Of a stretch of 64,000 bases of DNA, positions 1 through 10,502 are shown in pieces. The position numbers were made by a program, and so were the translations under genes. The notes below the pieces were generated by a model, which was not told the DNA's origin, made no database searches, and saw only the letters and a list, made by a program, of their open reading frames with translations. The stretch comes from a plasmid. Position 1 is the stretch's first letter; the number at the start of each line of letters is the position of its first letter. Where the stretch lies: sequence record NZ_CP040393.1. One strand, written 5' to 3'.

Positions 1-895
1 CAATCCGATATCCGATGTGTGCTGGAAATGCCTGTTCCCCATGACGCTTGGCAGCATCCAGCTTGCCTCCGGGCCTCAACCGGACACATCAAACCCGTCC
101 ATTCCCCTCCAGATATGCTCCTATGGCGTGCTTTACCGGATTGGACTGGCCATCGGGTACTGGGAGCCTACCGCCATGACGGATGTGACGCGGGAGCCGG
201 GCGTGATGGTCAACATGGGCGGGTTCAAAATCGATCTCGGGCGTACCGGTACAGGAACAGCCGGGCAAAGTGACAGGCCGGCAGCGGGCGCGTTTTATCA
301 TGTGCACTGGTACAAGTACCCCCTGATATCCTGGCTCAACATCATGACCAGCATCGGCTGCTTTCAGGGGGGCGATATGGATATCGCCTATCTGTCCGAA
401 GTTGACCCCCTCTGGAACGACAGTACGCTCTCGATGCTGATTAACCCGGAGGCCGCACTGTTCGGCAACCTTGTCGCCCAGGCGGCCTGCGCGGCTGATG
501 CCGTATCCAGTTCCGTGGGTTATCCGCTTGCTCCACTTTTCTGGTGTGCCGGCAGCCAGGGTTCCATGTATCCCTTTACGGGGTATACCAGCGGCGAATT
601 CTCACCCCTGGAATCCTCCCTGCTGGTCAGTGAGCGTATGGCATTCAAGCTGCACCGGGAAGGACTGGTGATGAACACCGTGGGGGCGGATTATGCCGTC
701 TGTTACGAATACCCGTCCCCGATCGTTCCCAAAGAACGGTGGCGCTACCAGATGGTGAACATGTATCCCGAAACATCCAATTGCCACGCTTTCGGTGCCA
801 GTACCCAGACGTGGGGGACACCGCATAACTCCCCTGAATCGAAGAAAAACTTCGGCTGGCTGCTGTGGCGAAAGCGTAACTGCGTTTACCTGTGA
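1..895 (+). CDS. traU: Conjugal transfer pilus assembly protein TraU. It is 5'-truncated by the window edge; the ORF opens at nt 17 but the gene starts upstream.
   Basis: The translation aligns along its length with F-plasmid TraU (CW.CIFP..LGSI, GLAIGYWEP, FYHVHWYKYPL, WRYQMVNMYP, KKNFG.L.WRKRNCV.L). The N-terminal ~40 aa of TraU are missing. Confidence 0.9.
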   Translation, partial: NPISDVCWKCLFPMTLGSIQLASGPQPDTSNPSIPLQICSYGVLYRIGLAIGYWEPTAMTDVTREPGVMVNMGGFKIDLGRTGTGTAGQSDRPAAGAFYHVHWYKYPLISWLNIMTSIGCFQGGDMDIAYLSEVDPLWNDSTLSMLINPEAALFGNLVAQAACAADAVSSSVGYPLAPLFWCAGSQGSMYPFTGYTSGEFSPLESSLLVSERMAFKLHREGLVMNTVGADYAVCYEYPSPIVPKERWRYQMVNMYPETSNCHAFGASTQTWGTPHNSPESKKNFGWLLWRKRNCVYL

Positions 896-904
896 GGTTC
901 CCTG

Positions 905-1513
905 ATGAAAAAAATACTCTTCCGGGCGCTGCTGGCCAGCAGCCTGGTAATTTGCCTGTCCGCCGCCGCGAGTGAACAGGCCGGTGTGTCCGCGAATGAT
1001 CGGGCCTGGATGAAACAACAGCAGGATGCTTTGCAGGCCTTTAAAGAGAGTCTGAAAGACCCGTCGCTGTCGTTGCCGCCCGCGCAGCAGGATCGCGTCA
1101 CCCGCCTGCAGCAGGGGATCGCAAAAGACCAGCCTGATACAGAGAAGAAAACGTTTCCAGCCATCTACTTTGTCAGCCTGGGACTGCCCCGCGAAGGCCT
1201 TCTGCCGATGCTGCAGGACGCGCATCGCTACGGCATACCCGCGACGATTCGCGGGCTTCTTAACAACGATTTGCGGCAGACGGCAAACGCCATGTTTCAG
1301 CTGACCAAAGAGGATAAAAACATCGGCGTGCAGGTCGACCCGACGTTGTTCACCGATTACCATATCACCGCGATTCCGGCGCTGGTTGTGAACTGTCCGG
1401 GCCATTCCGATGTGATTCGCGGCAGTCTGCCGCTTAAACAGGCGCTGGAAAAAGTGGCCGGGCACGGCGACTGTGCAGCCACCGCGCGCCGGTTGCTGGA
1501 GGCATCCCGATGA
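905..1513 (+). CDS. trbC: F-type pilus assembly protein TrbC
   Basis: Signal peptide followed by conserved F TrbC blocks (YFVS...P.EGL, HRYGIPATIRG..NNDL, VQVDPTLF, IPALVV, LEKVA..GDC). Position after traU and an ATGA overlap with traN match the F-like order. Confidence 0.8.
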   Translation: MKKILFRALLASSLVICLSAAASEQAGVSANDRAWMKQQQDALQAFKESLKDPSLSLPPAQQDRVTRLQQGIAKDQPDTEKKTFPAIYFVSLGLPREGLLPMLQDAHRYGIPATIRGLLNNDLRQTANAMFQLTKEDKNIGVQVDPTLFTDYHITAIPALVVNCPGHSDVIRGSLPLKQALEKVAGHGDCAATARRLLEASR

Positions 1514-3354
1514 AGCGATTCATTATTCCTGCGGCGCTGCTGTTTGCCGGCGGCGCGCTCGCCGATGCAAACAGTGATGCGTTTAATGCCGGCGCAGGTT
1601 TTGGCAAGGGCAATTCGTCACAGGGCACGTCATCGCTCAGCAATCCCGGCGCAGTGACAGGAAGCATTCCCGGCTATACAAGCAGTCCGCCCGAAAGTGG
1701 CTATTACGGGGGTGTCACCGGGGGAGACGGCGGGCTGAGTGACAAAGGGCAGCAGGCACTACAGAACAACGATGCCGGACAGACTGTTATTGATTCCGGG
1801 ACGAAAAACCCGTCACCGGTTATTGATCCGGATGCACCTTATATCACCATCGGAAAGGGTGCCGAAAGTACCGCCGGCAGCGTTCTGGACGGAACCGGTT
1901 CGCAGTGCACATCAACAACGGTATCCAAATCGACCTTTGAAAACTACACCTGCGACAGGGATGTGGCGGTGATCCAGACCTGTGGCCGCACGGCATCCAT
2001 TACCGGCTCATATCAGGATAATTACACGTATAACACCGTCACTATCGATTCGGATAACCTGGATGTCAGTAGCTATCAGGTCAACTGGCCCATGCCTGCG
2101 GGCACCGTTTACTCCGCGAGCATGACCTACACCTTCAGAAAAGACCAGGTGCACAGTAATGGCCTGCTGTATCTGAATATCACCGCACTCGGTCAGTTTA
2201 TGACCATGTATGACAACGCAGGCTCTTACAATATTCCCGGAGGTCAGACGTTCACGCAGGGCCAGAATCTGACCATTACCTTTGGCAACCATGATAATAA
2301 CAAAGACGTCATCCCGGCGGCATGGACACAGGGAAGGCCTTATCAGATATATCATTTTGTCATCACCATTGTATTTCGTACCGGCACCCGCGTGTGGGTG
2401 CCGCAGACGACCTGGTCAGAAAGCTGCGGTTTTGACAAAACGAAAGCGCTTTCCCGCGCGGGGAGTGTCTGTACGGACCCGGGCGGGACAAGGACGATTA
2501 CGGTGGATGGCAAGCAGTACAGTCAGACCAGCAGCTGCTGGGCGTATACCGATTCGTATGTGACGGCCACCGACTCAAAAGGCAACTGCGCGTCGCTGAT
2601 GAGTGACCCGGCCTGCACGCTTTCCGGCCATACCTGTACCACCACAGAATCCGGCGTCTGCACTCACCAGTCGGAAACGTACCAGTGCCAGAAAACGTAT
2701 TCCTCCAGTGGTCTGGTCTGCGGGGGCCAGTATTTCTGTAAGACCGGGGACTGCAGCGATACGGACGGTACCGGTGACAGTGGTTTTGATACGGCGGTCG
2801 CCAAACTTGCGGGTCTTGCCTCTGCGGGGGACGACATTGTTAAAGACCAGGTCAACGTTAAGGCATTTACGGGCCAGGCCATGAGCTGCCGCAAGGCATT
2901 TGCCGGGTTTTCCAACTGCTGCAAGGATTCCGGATGGGGTTCCGATGCCGGGCTGGCCTCCTGTAACAGTGACGAGATGGCGCTGGGTAAAGCGAAGGCC
3001 AAAAAAGTCACGGTCAGTGTGGGTGACCGCTGTGATCACCAGGTCCTCGGTGTGTGCGTCCAGAAAAGTCAGGTGTACTGCGTTTTCGGTGGAAAACTGG
3101 CGCGCATCATTCAGGAGCAGGGGCGTCGTGATCAGCTGGGTGTCAGTTTCGGCAGCGGAGACAGCCCCAACTGCAGCGGTATCACGGTGCCACAGCTGCA
3201 GAGTATCAATTTTGACCTGATCAACTTCTCCGACTTCTACTCTGACCTGATAAACAACCAGAAAATACCGGACTCCGGTGTGATGGTTCAGCAAATCAAG
3301 GACAAAATCGCCGCCCAGGTACAGCAGCAACAGAGCAGCGGAGGGGCAAAATGA
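1510..3354 (+). CDS. traN: Mating-pair stabilisation outer-membrane protein TraN
   Basis: 614 aa with signal peptide, a Gly/Ser-rich N-terminal region and the many conserved cysteines typical of F TraN. The order traU-trbC-traN is preserved. Confidence 0.9.
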   Translation: MKRFIIPAALLFAGGALADANSDAFNAGAGFGKGNSSQGTSSLSNPGAVTGSIPGYTSSPPESGYYGGVTGGDGGLSDKGQQALQNNDAGQTVIDSGTKNPSPVIDPDAPYITIGKGAESTAGSVLDGTGSQCTSTTVSKSTFENYTCDRDVAVIQTCGRTASITGSYQDNYTYNTVTIDSDNLDVSSYQVNWPMPAGTVYSASMTYTFRKDQVHSNGLLYLNITALGQFMTMYDNAGSYNIPGGQTFTQGQNLTITFGNHDNNKDVIPAAWTQGRPYQIYHFVITIVFRTGTRVWVPQTTWSESCGFDKTKALSRAGSVCTDPGGTRTITVDGKQYSQTSSCWAYTDSYVTATDSKGNCASLMSDPACTLSGHTCTTTESGVCTHQSETYQCQKTYSSSGLVCGGQYFCKTGDCSDTDGTGDSGFDTAVAKLAGLASAGDDIVKDQVNVKAFTGQAMSCRKAFAGFSNCCKDSGWGSDAGLASCNSDEMALGKAKAKKVTVSVGDRCDHQVLGVCVQKSQVYCVFGGKLARIIQEQGRRDQLGVSFGSGDSPNCSGITVPQLQSINFDLINFSDFYSDLINNQKIPDSGVMVQQIKDKIAAQVQQQQSSGGAK

Positions 3355-4139
3355 TAAAACGTCTCCTTCCTCTGCTGATGGTGGTTCTGGCGCTGCCGGC
3401 AACCGGCGAGGAAATCATTCCGCCGGCGACACCGTTCACCGGCTGGTCCTGGTACAACGAACCGAAAACGCCCCCGAAACCGGAACCTGCGCCTTCGCAT
3501 GATCAGCCTGAAAAACCGGATATTCCGGACTTCAGCAAAATGTCAGCGGTCGAGCAGGCAAAGGTGCTGAAGGCTTACACAAGGGAGGCGCTTAACCGCG
3601 CCATCCTGTACCCGACGCGGGAAAACACAGCGACGTACCTGAAGTGGCAGAAGTTCTGGACTGACCGCAGCTCGATGTTCAGTCAGTCCTTTGCCGCTGC
3701 GCAGCTGACGCACCCGGAACTGGATTACAACCTGGAATACCCGCACTACAACAGCATGGCCCCGCTGGTTCAGACCCGCGACCAGCAACAGCGCCAGCAG
3801 GCCATTGCAGATCTGGGGCAGCAGTACGGCCTGTTTTACTTCTACCGGGGAAGTGATCCGATTGACACGCAGATGGCCGGGGTGGTGGCCGATTTTGCGA
3901 AAGCAAACCATCTGTCGCTGATCCCGGTCTCGGTTGACGGGCAGGTGGCGACTTCTTTGCCGGATTCCCGTCCGGACACCGGACAGGTACAGGCGATGCG
4001 GATCACGCATTTCCCGGCGCTGTTCCTCGTTGACCCGCGTAACCGTGATTACCAGCCGCTGGTTTACGGGTTCATGACGCAGGATGACCTGGCCAGACGC
4101 TTCCTGAACGTATCAACAGGTTTCAAACCTAATTTCTGA
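3351..4139 (+). CDS. traF: Pilus assembly protein TraF (thioredoxin-fold, no CXXC)
   Basis: Close match to F TraF, including the C-terminus SYGF.SQDDLA..FLNVS..FKPNF and the HPELDYNL.Y.HYN motif. The stop overlaps traN (ATGA). Confidence 0.85.
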   Translation: MIKRLLPLLMVVLALPATGEEIIPPATPFTGWSWYNEPKTPPKPEPAPSHDQPEKPDIPDFSKMSAVEQAKVLKAYTREALNRAILYPTRENTATYLKWQKFWTDRSSMFSQSFAAAQLTHPELDYNLEYPHYNSMAPLVQTRDQQQRQQAIADLGQQYGLFYFYRGSDPIDTQMAGVVADFAKANHLSLIPVSVDGQVATSLPDSRPDTGQVQAMRITHFPALFLVDPRNRDYQPLVYGFMTQDDLARRFLNVSTGFKPNF

Positions 4140-4147
4140 GGTTCTCC

Positions 4148-4627
4148 ATGAATAATATCGTAACCGGGCGCACCCTGCGCCCGCTTCGCCGTGCCGTCTT
4201 TTTCAGTTTTGTCACCGCGCCGGCACTGGCTCTCTTTTTTATGTTTATTTACCTGACCTTCAATAACTCACTCGCGGGGACGTTTCTGGACGAAGCCCGT
4301 AGTCTGGTTGCCGGCACGCCTGCAGACAAAGTGCGGGTGTGCGCGCCTCCCCTTAACACAGCAGGAGAAGGGCGAGTTACGCCGCCTGTCCTGAAACCCA
4401 GTTGTGAGCCGGTACTGACGGATGCAGCCGACTGGCAACGGTCGGCAGACAGCAGTATCCGGGATGCTTACAAAACTCTGGTCATCCTTGGCGCGTTCAT
4501 ATGGTGGCTCTGTAATGACATAACCGGATTTGAAGACACTGCGCACTGGCTGAAGGGGAAGGTCATGAAAATTAACGCTGTCCGGCGTGCAGTTCAGGGC
4601 GGGCATGGCAAACAGGATAAGGAATGA
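4148..4627 (+). CDS. Hypothetical membrane protein occupying the trbA position of F-like tra operons
   Basis: 159-aa ORF with a hydrophobic N-terminal segment in the correct operon context. No motif recognised. Confidence 0.4.
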   Translation: MNNIVTGRTLRPLRRAVFFSFVTAPALALFFMFIYLTFNNSLAGTFLDEARSLVAGTPADKVRVCAPPLNTAGEGRVTPPVLKPSCEPVLTDAADWQRSADSSIRDAYKTLVILGAFIWWLCNDITGFEDTAHWLKGKVMKINAVRRAVQGGHGKQDKE

Positions 4628-4628
4628 A

Positions 4629-4856
4629 ATGATGAAACCTCTTTCCCTGTCAGAAATTGTCGTCATCTTCTTTGCCGGCATCCTGTTCAAATGCCTCGGC
4701 GATATCACCGGTGTGTACCCCCATCTGTCACAGCTGATGTGCCTGTGGGGGAGCTATCTTCTCATGGCATTCGCGGGTCTGCTTCTCGCCTGTAACCGTT
4801 GGTGGTACTGGCGACACCGCCACGACGTTCCCCCGGAGGCGTCAGATGAAAAGTAG
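4629..4856 (+). CDS. Small inner-membrane protein, TraQ-like (pilin chaperone) by position
   Basis: About 75-aa hydrophobic ORF starting MMKPLS with an upstream AAGGA Shine-Dalgarno sequence, between the trbA-position gene and trbB. The assignment rests on position only. Confidence 0.35.
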   Translation: MMKPLSLSEIVVIFFAGILFKCLGDITGVYPHLSQLMCLWGSYLLMAFAGLLLACNRWWYWRHRHDVPPEASDEK

Positions 4857-5445
4857 CGCCCTTTCCGTTCTCCTGCTCCTTTTCCCCCTGCTGGCCAGTG
4901 CCGGCGCGCGGGAAGAAATCGCCGCCATCGATGCCGCCAAAGCCACGCAGTCACAGCCCGTTGCCGGCACAGTGAAACCCGCCACGGCAACACCGGTGCT
5001 GATGCAGCTGCCGGACGGGCGGCGTGCCGATATGGCGGATTATGTGGTGGTGGTCTTCATGCAGTCCCACTGTCAGTACAGTGCGAAGTTTGACCCCGAC
5101 CTGAAGCGCTGGGCGGATGAGCATCGTATCCGCGTGTATCCCTACACCCTGGACGGCGGCGGGGATGCATCGTTCCCGGTGCCGCTGATACCGCGTAAAA
5201 CCGACCCGGCATCGCCGCTGGCGGATGAAATCATGACGTTCTTTGGCAACGGTCTGCCAATCGCCACGCCGACGGCCTTTATGGTGAATGTCCACACCCT
5301 GAAAGCGTACCCGCTGACGCAGGGGGTGATGGATATCACCACACTGGAAAACCGCTACGCCAGCCTGATTCAGGCAGATATGGATCAGGTCGACCCCCGT
5401 TCACTTCCTCCCATGCCGGCGAACGCACAGGTTACGCCGCAGTAA
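4846..5445 (+). CDS. trbB: Periplasmic thioredoxin-like disulfide isomerase TrbB
   Basis: Signal peptide, a CxxC active site (HCQYS) and blocks shared with F TrbB (VV.FMQ.HC.YC..FDP, YT.DGQGD..FP, NIPVATPT.F.VNV.TLEA.PL.QG). Confidence 0.8.
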   Translation: MKSSALSVLLLLFPLLASAGAREEIAAIDAAKATQSQPVAGTVKPATATPVLMQLPDGRRADMADYVVVVFMQSHCQYSAKFDPDLKRWADEHRIRVYPYTLDGGGDASFPVPLIPRKTDPASPLADEIMTFFGNGLPIATPTAFMVNVHTLKAYPLTQGVMDITTLENRYASLIQADMDQVDPRSLPPMPANAQVTPQ

Positions 5446-5462
5446 TACAGACGGACTACAGA

Positions 5463-5729
5463 ATGAATACATCCATGTATGCGTTAACGCATTCCGGGCG
5501 CGCGTGCCTGCTGTTTGCCGTGGCGTTTCTCGCCTCTGCAACTCTCTACGGTCTCTTCGCATTTCGCGTGGTACGCGCGATGAGAGGGGACGTCATTGTT
5601 ACCGTTCTCCAGGACTGTCCGGTTCTGGTGCTGGTTTCGTTAAGTGTCGGTTTTATCAGGACCGGCGTGGGGCATTATGCCATCCGGCAGTGCTTCCGGG
5701 GTGAGGGTTTCAGGGAGGAAAAACGATGA
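5463..5729 (+). CDS. Small membrane protein, TrbJ-like by position
   Basis: 88-aa hydrophobic ORF between trbB and the trbF-like gene. Size and position match F trbJ. Confidence 0.4.
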   Translation: MNTSMYALTHSGRACLLFAVAFLASATLYGLFAFRVVRAMRGDVIVTVLQDCPVLVLVSLSVGFIRTGVGHYAIRQCFRGEGFREEKR

Positions 5730-6130
5730 AAGCAAAAATCCTTAACCGGGTGGAACAGTGTTATGACGCGCTCTGCCTAACCTGGTTATCCGTCCGGCAG
5801 TACATAAAGAAATGGTGCATTGCCTCCTTTTTCATTCTTGTCGCACTGCTTGTGGCCGATTACGAATATGAAAACTTCGCCTGCCATCATTTACAGGCGT
5901 ATATCACCGGCGACCCCTCACTGACCGGCAGCGAACGCTTTGCACTCAGGGCACTGCTTTTTTACCCGTCTTATTTGTTCAGATCGTTTATGTGCGGTGC
6001 TTACGTGGTTTTCGTCATGACTTTACTCTGCTTCGTATTCTTCTATGGCAGCAGGGAGCGTATGCAGAAACGCACACTGACGGCGCAGAAATCGAGTACA
6101 GACACAACACCGGAGGTGGCTGATGTTTAA
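5726..6130 (+). CDS. Membrane protein, TrbF-like by position
   Basis: 134-aa ORF with transmembrane segments. It overlaps the upstream gene (ATGA) and precedes traH as in F. Confidence 0.4.
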   Translation: MKAKILNRVEQCYDALCLTWLSVRQYIKKWCIASFFILVALLVADYEYENFACHHLQAYITGDPSLTGSERFALRALLFYPSYLFRSFMCGAYVVFVMTLLCFVFFYGSRERMQKRTLTAQKSSTDTTPEVADV

Positions 6131-7487
6131 ACCCCTCCTGACTGCTGCCCTGGTCTTTATGGCCGGGATGGCCTCACTTCCCGCCCGGGCGGATGTGAAC
6201 GGGGATCTGAACGGGTTCTTTGGCAGCCTCGGTTACAGCGGCAACGTGACACAGGCTCAGGCGTGGCAGGGACAGGCCGCCGGATACTTCACCGGCGGCT
6301 CGGTCTACCTGCGCAATCCGGTCAAGAACGTCCAGCTTATCTCGATGCAGGTGCCGTCACTGAATGCCGGTTGTGGCGGTATTGATGCCTATCTCGGGGC
6401 ATTTTCCATGATAAACGGCGAGGAAATTCAGCGCTTCGTTAAACAAATCATGAGTAACGCTACCGGATACGCCTTCGATCTTGCCCTGCAGACAATGGTG
6501 CCGGAACTGAAGCAGGCGAAAGACTTCCTGCAGAAGCTGGCCAGTGATGTGAACTCAGCAAACATGAGTTCCTGTCAGGCCGCGCAGGGCATCATCGGCG
6601 GACTGTGGCCGGTAACGCAGGTGTCCCAGCAGAAAATCTGTCAGGACATTGCCGGCGAAAGCAATCTCTTCTCGGACTGGGCAGCGTCCCGGCAGGGCTG
6701 CACCGTTGGCGGCCAGAGCGACAGCGTGACCAGCCGGGCAGGGGACAGCCAGAAAGACCAGGTGCTGAAAAACAAAAACCTCATCTGGGATGCACTCAGT
6801 CGTAACCATCTCTTCGACAGTAACCGGGAGCTGAAGGAGCTGGTCATGAGTACCGTCGGCTCCATCATCTTCAACAATGCCGGGCAGGTGACCATTCTGA
6901 CTCCGCTGGTTGATAACCGTGACCTTATCAAGGTGCTGATGCGGGGCGGTTCAGCGAAAGTGTACGGCTGCGATGAGGCAACGCTGTGCCTTGGTCCGGT
7001 GGTGAAGGATGTCACCATCGACGAAGGTAACGGACTGGTCACGCTGGTCAAAAACCTGATGCTGTCCATGCAGTCGAAACTGGTGGATGACACCGCGCTG
7101 ACCGACCAGGAAAAGGGATTCGTAAACACCACCTCCGTGCCAGTGCTCAAGTACCTCACTAACGCCCAGAGCATGGGGCAGAGCGCCACCTACCTGATTC
7201 AGGTCAGTGACTTCATTGCTCAGGACCTGATGATTCAGTACCTGCAGGAACTGGTCAAACAGGCTTCGCTGTCGATGGCCGGGAAAAACTGGCCGGAAGA
7301 GGCCGCCTCAAAACTGCGCGATAACGTCATCCATGCCCAGGGGCTTCTGGCCGACATGAAGCTGCAGTCTGCCGCAGACCAGAACGCGCTGGACGGCATC
7401 GACCGCAATATGCAGTACCTGCAGCAGCAGGTATCCACGATTGTTTCCGGCTCATACCAGAGCAACTATCACTGGGGGAATCCCTGA
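6123..7487 (+). CDS. traH: Pilus assembly protein TraH
   Basis: Strong similarity to F TraH throughout (ADVN.D.N.FF..LG...N.TQ...WQGQAAGY, INAGCGGIDAYLG.FS.INGE..QRFVKQIMSNA.GY.FDLALQT.VPE.K.AKDFLQK.ASD.NS.N.SSCQAAQGIIGGL). Confidence 0.92.
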   Translation: MFKPLLTAALVFMAGMASLPARADVNGDLNGFFGSLGYSGNVTQAQAWQGQAAGYFTGGSVYLRNPVKNVQLISMQVPSLNAGCGGIDAYLGAFSMINGEEIQRFVKQIMSNATGYAFDLALQTMVPELKQAKDFLQKLASDVNSANMSSCQAAQGIIGGLWPVTQVSQQKICQDIAGESNLFSDWAASRQGCTVGGQSDSVTSRAGDSQKDQVLKNKNLIWDALSRNHLFDSNRELKELVMSTVGSIIFNNAGQVTILTPLVDNRDLIKVLMRGGSAKVYGCDEATLCLGPVVKDVTIDEGNGLVTLVKNLMLSMQSKLVDDTALTDQEKGFVNTTSVPVLKYLTNAQSMGQSATYLIQVSDFIAQDLMIQYLQELVKQASLSMAGKNWPEEAASKLRDNVIHAQGLLADMKLQSAADQNALDGIDRNMQYLQQQVSTIVSGSYQSNYHWGNP

Positions 7488-10400
7488 TGCTTGAAGTCTA
7501 TACCATATACGGCGGCGGGATGTGGAAATCGGCCTTTGACGCCGTTGTCGGCATCCTCGGTACCAGCACCTGGGGGACGCTGCTGCGCATTGTCAGTACC
7601 TTCTCCGTGCTGGGTATCGTGGCGTCGTTTGTCAAAAGCCGCAATCCGATGGTGTTTATACAGTGGCTGGCGATGTTTACGCTGATAACCTCCGTCCTCA
7701 TCGTCCCCAAAAGGTCAGTGCAGATTATCGACATCACGGATCCGGCAACGGTCTGGGTGACCGATAACGTCCCGGTGGGGCTGGCCGGGATGGCCTCCCT
7801 GTCGACCAGTATCGGTTTTCATGTGGCACAGCTCTATGACTACATGATTGCGCGCCCGGACTCGGTGACCTACACCAAAACCGGAATGCTGTTTGGCTCC
7901 GGGATTGTGGCGGAAAGCAGTGACATGCAGACGCAGAACCCGGAGCTGGCGCAGATGCTGCCGGATTATGTCCGAAAACTGCGTGATTGGCGACATTCTG
8001 CTGAACCCACAAGTACACGGTGAACCAGCTGCTCAACACCACCGACCCGCTGGGGCTGATCACCAGTAACCCCAGCCCGTTGCGCGGCATTTTCAAAACG
8101 ACCAGTGACACGCGTGAATTTCTGACCTGCCAGCAGGCGGCCGCGCAAATCCAGACGCTGGCGGGGCAGGATGCGCAGGTCAGCAGCCCGACATTTGCCT
8201 GGCTGACACAGAAAATCTTCGGCAACCGCCTGAACGGCGCCACGCTGCTGGCCAACTCAATGGGCGAAAGCTATGGCTTTTTCTATGCCGGTGGAATGAG
8301 TGCCGCGCAGATCATGAAAAACAAACGTGACCAACAGCGCGATACAGCAGGGCATCCGGGGCTTTGCTGCCCGGTCTTCTGACCACGGCCAACCTGCTGA
8401 ACCTCGCGACCGAGAACGCGGCCACCAAGCAACGTATCAGCTGGGCGGCAGGCAGCACGCTGGCCACCCGGCAACTGCCGTTCCTGCAGTCCCTGATGAT
8501 GCTGATTCTGGTCTGTCTGTTCCCGCTGGTCATCGCGCTTGCGGCGGCCAACCACTCCATCTTTGGCCTGAACACGCTGAAGATTTATATCTGCGGGTTC
8601 CTTTACTTCCAGATGTGGCCGGTGATGTTTGCCATCCTGAACTATGCCGCCACGTTCTGGCTGCAGACAAAAACAGGGGGGACACCCCTTGTGCTGTCCA
8701 ACAAGGATACGGTGGCGCTGCAGCATTCGGATGTGGCTAATCTGGCCGGTTACTGCGCCATGTCGATTCCGGTGCTGTCCTTTTTCCTGACCAAAGGTGC
8801 GGCGGCAATCGGCTCTCAGGTGGCCGGCAGCGTGATGAGTTCGATGGCATTCGGCTCAGCCGGCGTGGCCTCCACCACGGCCGACGGCAACTGGTCGTTT
8901 AACAACATGTCGATGGATAACGTCAACCAGAACAAGATGGACACCAACCTGATGCAGCGGCAGGGCCAGCAGACCTGGCAGGCGGATAATGGCTCGAGTC
9001 ATACGGTCACGGCGAGCGGCCAGAATGTCATAGATGGCTCCGGCGCGATGTCGAACTTGCCGGTGAACATGCGCCTCAGTCAGCTGGCCAGCAGTGGATT
9101 CCAGGAGCAGGCCCGGTTGTCGCAGGTGCAGGCGCAATCCTCGCTGGATGGCTATAACCACAGTGTCACCAGTGGCTGGTCTCAGCTGCAACAGGTCGCC
9201 AGCCAGAGCGGCAGTACCGACAGCCTGAATCAGGGTTCGGATAACAGCCAGACACTGAATGCTTCACGCGGTGCCACTATGATGATGTCTGCTGCCGAGA
9301 GCTATGCGAAAGCGAACAACATTTCGACACAGGAAGCTTATAACGAGCTTTTAAATAAATCTGTTGAAGGAAGTGCCAATGCAGGTACAAGTTTCAAAAT
9401 TAATTCAGGTGATCAAGCGCTTGGTAAAGTTGGTAAATGGGTTACCGGTGCAAGTGTTGAAGGTCATGCGGGGCTTGAAGTAAAAGGCACCACAGGTAGT
9501 TCACATGGTACTCAAGATACGCATTCAGGCTCGAACGATATGCGGCATGATAAAAATAGCCAAATGGTTAATGATTTCAAACAAGGTATGGATATGGTGA
9601 CCAGCAGCCGCATCAGCGACTCCGCCAGCCATTCCGATAGTGCCGGAACCAGCAAAGTTCAGCAGTTTGCTGCCACGCTTAATGATGCGCAGAGCCAGTA
9701 CCATCAGTTCACTACCAGTTCCACCAACAGCAATGAATTCAGCCGCATGGCCACACTCGCTCAGAATGAGAGTGCCAGCCTTGATACGAATTACACCCAG
9801 GAGTTTGTGGACTGGGCATCCAACAAGTACGGGGATAAAGCTCAGGCTATGCTGACCAGCGCTCCCACAGCACGCGAGGCAGCAATGGAGTTTGTTAACG
9901 AGCGTCTCAAACCTGAAATCATGGGGGATTATCAGCAGGGGCGCGCCGACCTGAAAGGTGGCAGTGAACATGCCGCGTTCAGTGGTGAGCATACTGTTAA
10001 TCAGTCAGTGAGCCATATTTCGGGACAACAGGATAATAACGGGACAATGACTCACTCCACTCAAAACCATCACAAACAGACGAATGGTGAGACCAGTTAT
10101 TCAACCTCACTTTCTCAGAGTAATCATGCTGATGAGAGTCCTGCAGTACATAATCTCAGGGGGAACCGGGTACCGGGAGATGATATGCAGAATGACTTCA
10201 GGGAAAACCAGAATCGCCTGCAGGGGCAGAGTTTCGGCGAACAAAGCGATGTTCCAAGGAGGGTTGCAGAAGAAAGATCTGCTAACGAGCAAAATATCAA
10301 CAAATCTGCTGGGGAAATTGAGCAAAATCGATCCACTGTTCAGGCATCCAGTGATATATTAAAAGGAGAACATTCGAACGCTCAGGGGAAATTTGCAGAA

Positions 10401-10502
10401 GGTTATGAAACCGAAAAAGGGCATCAAAAACTAATCCCCCAAAAAGCTGATGAAGAAGATGTTAACAAAAGGCTTAACGATATGCGCAAGCGTCAAGGCT
10501 AA
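7487..10502 (+). pseudogene. traG: traG (mating-pair stabilisation and entry-exclusion target) with an interrupted reading frame. The three ORF pieces are 7487-8023, 8020-8382 and 8364-10502, plus a frame-2 stretch at 8327-8375.
   Basis: All pieces match consecutive parts of F TraG (SVQIIDxxD...VDNVPVGLA, PDSVTY.KTGMLFG; then LI.S.PSPLRG...; then NS/NA..G....AAR and the membrane core; then the long Ser/Gln/Asn-rich C-terminal domain). The frame shifts by +1 at about 7973, 8007, 8329 and 8376. This is either real pseudogenisation or local assembly error. Confidence 0.75.

Noticed and set aside
602-1465. 287-aa minus-strand ORF across traU and trbC
   Set aside because: Antisense to two well-supported tra genes. 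It has Arg-rich low-complexity translation and no motif.
2575-3402. 275-aa minus-strand ORF inside traN
   Set aside because: Antisense shadow ORF of traN. No start context or motif.
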